A DNA stretch of 58,165 bases from Girardia tigrina. Lineage: Eukaryota. The notes under the pieces are model-generated. The model was not told the origin of the DNA. It did no database searches and was given only the letters and a program-made list of their open reading frames with translations. Shown here piece by piece: positions 53,635 to 58,165 of the stretch (its first letter is position 1; each line of letters starts with the position of its first letter). A program made the position numbers and the translations under genes. The stretch spans positions 83,691-141,855 of the forward strand of contig MQRK01202609.1 in assembly GCA_001938485.1 (NCBI GenBank), read 5' to 3'.

Positions 53635-56297
53635 TTGAATTCGAAACGTATCTTTTCATGGTTGTAGGTGTACTTTCAGAAGGAAGTTCTTAGTCAGTGA
53701 TATCTATTTACTTTGTCATTAGAGAGTTCTATGAGAACTGGCTTTTCAATAAGTTGTGCATTTGGAGTAGTTCTGTTCTTATTAAGATCTAAGAATTGAA
53801 TTTCATTGTCAATTCGGGAGATGTTCCATTGATGAAAATCAGATTTCGCTTTCATTCTAAGATTTTAGAAAATGTTTCGATCTTTGAATTTGATGACAGT
53901 TTCATCTTTTACAAAGAGTTTTTTATTTTTAGTTTAGTATTTTAATGGTAAAAAAGTTAGAAAATGAGCTTATCAGTAATCTCTCTTGATGAATGGTAGA
54001 TGTGGAGGAGTTTGGTTACCAGAAGTGTAAATGTTTCTTGCTTTAAGTTTGTAGTCGTTTCTAGAAGGGTCAGTGGATATTTCCCATAATTTGGTTCGAT
54101 TATAAAAATCTACTTAAAAGGGGCTGGTTTATAGACCAGATGGCAAGGTGATGTTAATTGTAAGAATGTGTTTACTTCTAGGATCGAATTTAAATGAGGG
54201 TTTCATTTTAAAGGTTCTTGGAATCATAGTTTAGATGATTGAGTTTAGGTTGATTAAGTCTTTCTTTCGAAATTTGAAGGTTATACCGCCTTGATTTTTA
54301 GAGAGTCCAAATTCATGGTTTTTTTAAATTATATTTGATTCAGTGAGTTAACTGATAATTGGTGAATATTGAAGTATTATTTATTTATATTATATTATTC
54401 CATTAATTGTGTTTTTAAAAATCTATAAACTATGACAATTAGATTTCAATAAAACCAATTTTTAATATAAAATTTAATTATTATTTTTCAATTTATTAAA
54501 ATGTATTTTTATTTGATAATTTTTTGATTGCATTATTTGATGTTTATGAGAAATATGATTATAACTATTACATGTACATTATAATACATCAACATTGATT
54601 TTAATAATAAAATGATCTTAAATAAGTAAGCAAAAAGATATAATAAACACAAAATTATTAATTTTTGAAAAAAGCATTTCTTATGTGTTTTCATCTGTAA
54701 AATAATAAAAATGTATTTAAAACTTAATCGCTGTTGAAACCACGTAAAAATACGTACTCAGACTCAAAAGATTTCTTCTGGCAGATGTTCCTCTTAATAT
54801 TTCCTTTCAATTTGATAATTCAAATTTATACTTGAAGCATTTTGTTTAGGGTTACTCAAGGATTACGTTTCTATTTGCAAATTATGGAAATTATATATTT
54901 TTTTCTGAGAAAATATTTAATTAAAGAAGTTATTTTCATTAATATTTATAATTTATTGCGATAAATTATTTTCCCAGAAAAAATAGTATTATAATATCGA
55001 CTAGAGAAACACTTTAAATTAATTTACAATCTTATAGTGAATGTTTATATTAATCACATGAGATTATTATTATTATATTTTTTACAAAATAATAATTATC
55101 CGGTAATCTATCACTAAGCCACATCTTCCCGAAACCCGTTTAATGCATTTTCAATAATTTTTTCCATGTCTTTTTAACAAGATTTTCCATTCTTCTCTGT
55201 TTCAAAGTGAAAAATAAAATATAATCAGATAGTAATAGCTTCGCTATTAAAAATATACATTAAAGTTATCATATGTTTTTGAAATCGTACTTAACTTAAG
55301 GGTTAATAATCGGATTAAATTTGTATCGTAAAAAAATAGGTAAGAAAGATAGAAAAAATTTTAATTCTTTTGAGGGGTTAGTTTTAAGTTTCGCCAAATT
55401 AGTTTATTATTTTTTTTAATTTGAAAATTTAAAAGAAATAAATTAAAAAATTAAAATGTAGAGTAAAAATATGATAAAACAAATACTTATTAAAAATATT
55501 TTTACATTAATAACAATTAATATATTTTAATAAAAGTTATGGAATAAGTTTAAATAAATTTTAAAATAAATAATTAACGGATTAATATTTTAAGAAATAA
55601 TTTTTTAATGAAAGGGTTTATTGTAAATTTAAATTAATTAGATTTTATGATAAAGTTTTGTAAGAATGTAAAATTATTTTACATTTTAAATTTTGTAAAA
55701 TATTTTGTAAAAAAATGTAAATTTATTTTTAAGGTTTAATTTTCGTAAATTTTCAAAATTTAATCGAAAGAATTTAATGAATTAATTTTGGGCGAAATAT
55801 TTGTATTAACAAGAAATTTGTTTAAATATGTGAATTGTTGATATTAATAAAATTTGTGATGTTAAATTATGACTTCGGAATGTGATAATAATGAAAGTGG
55901 CATAAACGCTACATACAATTCTGAAGTACCCACTGTCGCTCTTCGAGTAAGTTTAAAAAAATACGGACAAATGTAGTTTCCCGAAATGTTTCGGTCTCCG
56001 CTTTAATTTTATCGTATTGCTGAGTGTTTTATCCATAATGTTGAACACTCTTATCTTAAAAATTATGACGCAACAAACGTTACAGTATAGTTGACTGCAA
56101 GCAATAGTGTAGGTAATAAAAATTTATTATTCAGAAAAATAGTTGGGCATTTTAGGGTTAAGTAACCTTTACACAATTAATTTAGACAGGATGCACGATA
56201 AAATGCCATAAACAAAACACCGTGTGTCAAAAACGCCGAATTTGATAATTAAATTTATATTGTTATAATTATTACATTTAGTAAAATTTTATTTAAT

Positions 56298-56776
56298 TAA
56301 TATTAATAAAATGAATATTATTAATTGAATTTTTTCAAATGAAAAAGGCTTAAATTAACCTATGAAAATGTCTGGAAGTCGCAAAAGATTTCAATGCATA
56401 TTTATGGTGAAAACCTAAATTAAAGAAAATTTAAAATTAAAAAAAATAGTAATAAATTGAATAAACATTAAAAAATGTTTTTCAATATTATTATAAAAAT
56501 AATTCCAAAACTTAGAATAAAATAATATTTTTATATGATTCTTTATTATTTAAAAATATTTTGACTTTTGTAAAATATTTTCTTAAAAATAAATTATTAA
56601 CATTCAATCTACAAAACGAATTGAGCCCCATTTAAACTTTCTATAATTTTGTTTTTCACCATAAATATGCTTTGAAATTGTTTGCGACTTCCAGACATTT
56701 TCAGCTTATTTACAGGTTAATTTAAGCTTTTTTACATAGAAAAAAATCAATTAATAATATTCATTTTATTAATATT
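56298..56776. repeat. Internal foldback/MITE with ~120-bp inverted arms
   Basis: 56298-56415 is the reverse complement of ~56652-56776 (aaaatgtctggaagtcgcaaa / tttgcgacttccagacatttt). Confidence 0.8.
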
Positions 56777-57131
56777 GTGATACTCTACTTCCGCGTGGCT
56801 TGTGTGAGGAATGATGTTGTTTTTCTTTCGAGTTTGTACGTGATTTTGATTTAGTCTATGTGATAGCTGTATATACTGATAGCTGTAGACTTTATTGAGT
56901 GTGATGTATGTTGGATTTGTGATGAGTTGGTATTGTATTTTCTTTTTTGATGTTATTTTTGAAAGATTAGTGCTTCACGAAGCCATTGATTTTGAATCTC
57001 AATTTTTGCCACAATTAAAGAAAATAAATCAGAATGAGATTAGTAATGAGAGTCAAATGTCATTTGAGATACCATTCAGTGACAAAGATTATAATGTTGA
57101 AGCATTCACGGATGAAACAATATCGAGTTAA

Positions 57132-57554
57132 AGAAGAGAGAGTCCAGACCAACGACAACAAAACAAAATCGGCAATCTCACAATCACTCAAAGAATGAAA
57201 TTAGACATTCAAAAACTCCCAGAAATGAGTCAAAAAATCGAATTTGCTGGAGAAAACGGGTTCTGTTTAATGCTCGCATCATCTTACATCGTCGACACGA
57301 AATTAGTCAGTGATTCTAATCAGCCTCAGCGACCCTTGAAAAATCTCATTACTTATTTGGGGACTAAAGAATCGGCGGGCGCCATTTTTCTCAAATCAAA
57401 TAATTCCGATAATAAAAACCTGTCGGGCGTTTTGCATGCATTTCCTCCTTGTGATTTTTCATTTGATATATTACTGCAAAAAGCTCCTAATTTGACAAAA
57501 GATTTTTCAAAGGATGATTTTCTAGTTATTCTTTTAATACGAAATTCTACATGA
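57132..57554 (+). pseudogene. RBM15: 3' fragment of an RBM15/spenito-like gene (C-terminal half of SPOC domain)
   Basis: Open 140-codon frame LTITQRMKLDIQKL...AGENGFCLMLA...QRPLKNLITYLGTKESAGAI...GVLHAFPPCDFS...DDFLVILLIR* matching the RBM15/Nito SPOC (ITQRLRLD, QRPLRNLVSYL, GVLHAFPPC). No N-terminal SPOC half or RRMs are present; in-frame TAA at 57129-57131. Confidence 0.8.
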
Positions 57555-58165
57555 AAATGAGTGAGAGTAAACATAAAATTTGAAACGAAAAAAACTAAGA
57601 AAAAGAAACGAAAGAAAACAATTTTGAAATTGTGATAAAAACGTATTTCCTGTAGTTATAATTCTATACGTGTTTGTATATCTGTTCAATAAACTGATCA
57701 ATAACATTAAAATATAATAATTAATTACCGTTCGTAGTTTTTGACTGATGGTGACCTTTAATCACGTTAATAAATTTTTTATCAATTGAGGTTATTTTTA
57801 TTTTTTTCTAAAGACTGTTATAGTGATTTTATTCGTTAGAAGTTATTTATTTGTTAAATATTTTTATTTATTGGTAAAAATAGACACTCGACAATCCATT
57901 CGAGTATCTATTTTTACAAATATTAATTTTAATCAAATAAAATTTTACTAAATGTAATAATTTTAATAATATTAATTTAATTATTAAATTCAGCGTTTTT
58001 GTCCGAGGCGTTTTGTCGCGATTCCCTTTAGACATTATATTAAAAAATAGTAGGGGAAAAATGTACCTTCGGCGGCACTCCCCCCCCCGGGGGGGGGTCG
58101 TTACTAGTTACCGTGGTTGCCATGGTTACGTAACCAGTTACCACGCGGAGTTACCATGGCAACGG

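Larger units (their letters stand above)
56189..58025. mobile_element. Non-autonomous Mutator-like element carrying a host gene fragment (Pack-MULE-like)
   Basis: TIRs at ~56189-56300 and ~57929-58025 (shared core caaaaacgc.gaattt.ataattaaatt.atatt.tta.aattattacatttagtaaaattttattt.attaa), GG termini, flanked by tttagaca on both sides (atttagaca 56180-56188 / ctttagaca 58026-58034). No transposase inside. Confidence 0.8.

Overview
AT-rich, intron-containing eukaryotic (metazoan-type) genomic DNA, densely packed with transposon remnants. The host genes are two divergently transcribed (head-to-head) paralogous Na+/K+-ATPase beta-subunit genes with identical exon phasing. The + copy (32217..52409) is complete: 6 exons, 296 aa. 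The - copy (24356..9281) shows 5 exons, and its last exon was not found in the window. In both, introns 1-2 are tiny (44-48 nt) while later introns are inflated to 2-13 kb by nested elements: Ty3/Gypsy LTR elements, mariner/Tc1, Mutator foldbacks, a Penelope-like element with hammerhead motifs, a Helentron-like element and LINE remnants. A pogo relic and a Helitron-like dimer lie beyond the mapped exons. The most notable observation is a Mutator-type element (56189..58025, ~100-bp TIRs, target-site duplication) with no transposase that carries an open 3' fragment of an RBM15/spenito SPOC-domain gene, i.e. a Pack-MULE-like capture in an animal genome. A second orphan host-gene fragment (HECTD1 N-terminus fused to a LINE tail) lies between the ATPase genes. 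All family assignments come from motif recognition by eye; no database searches were run.
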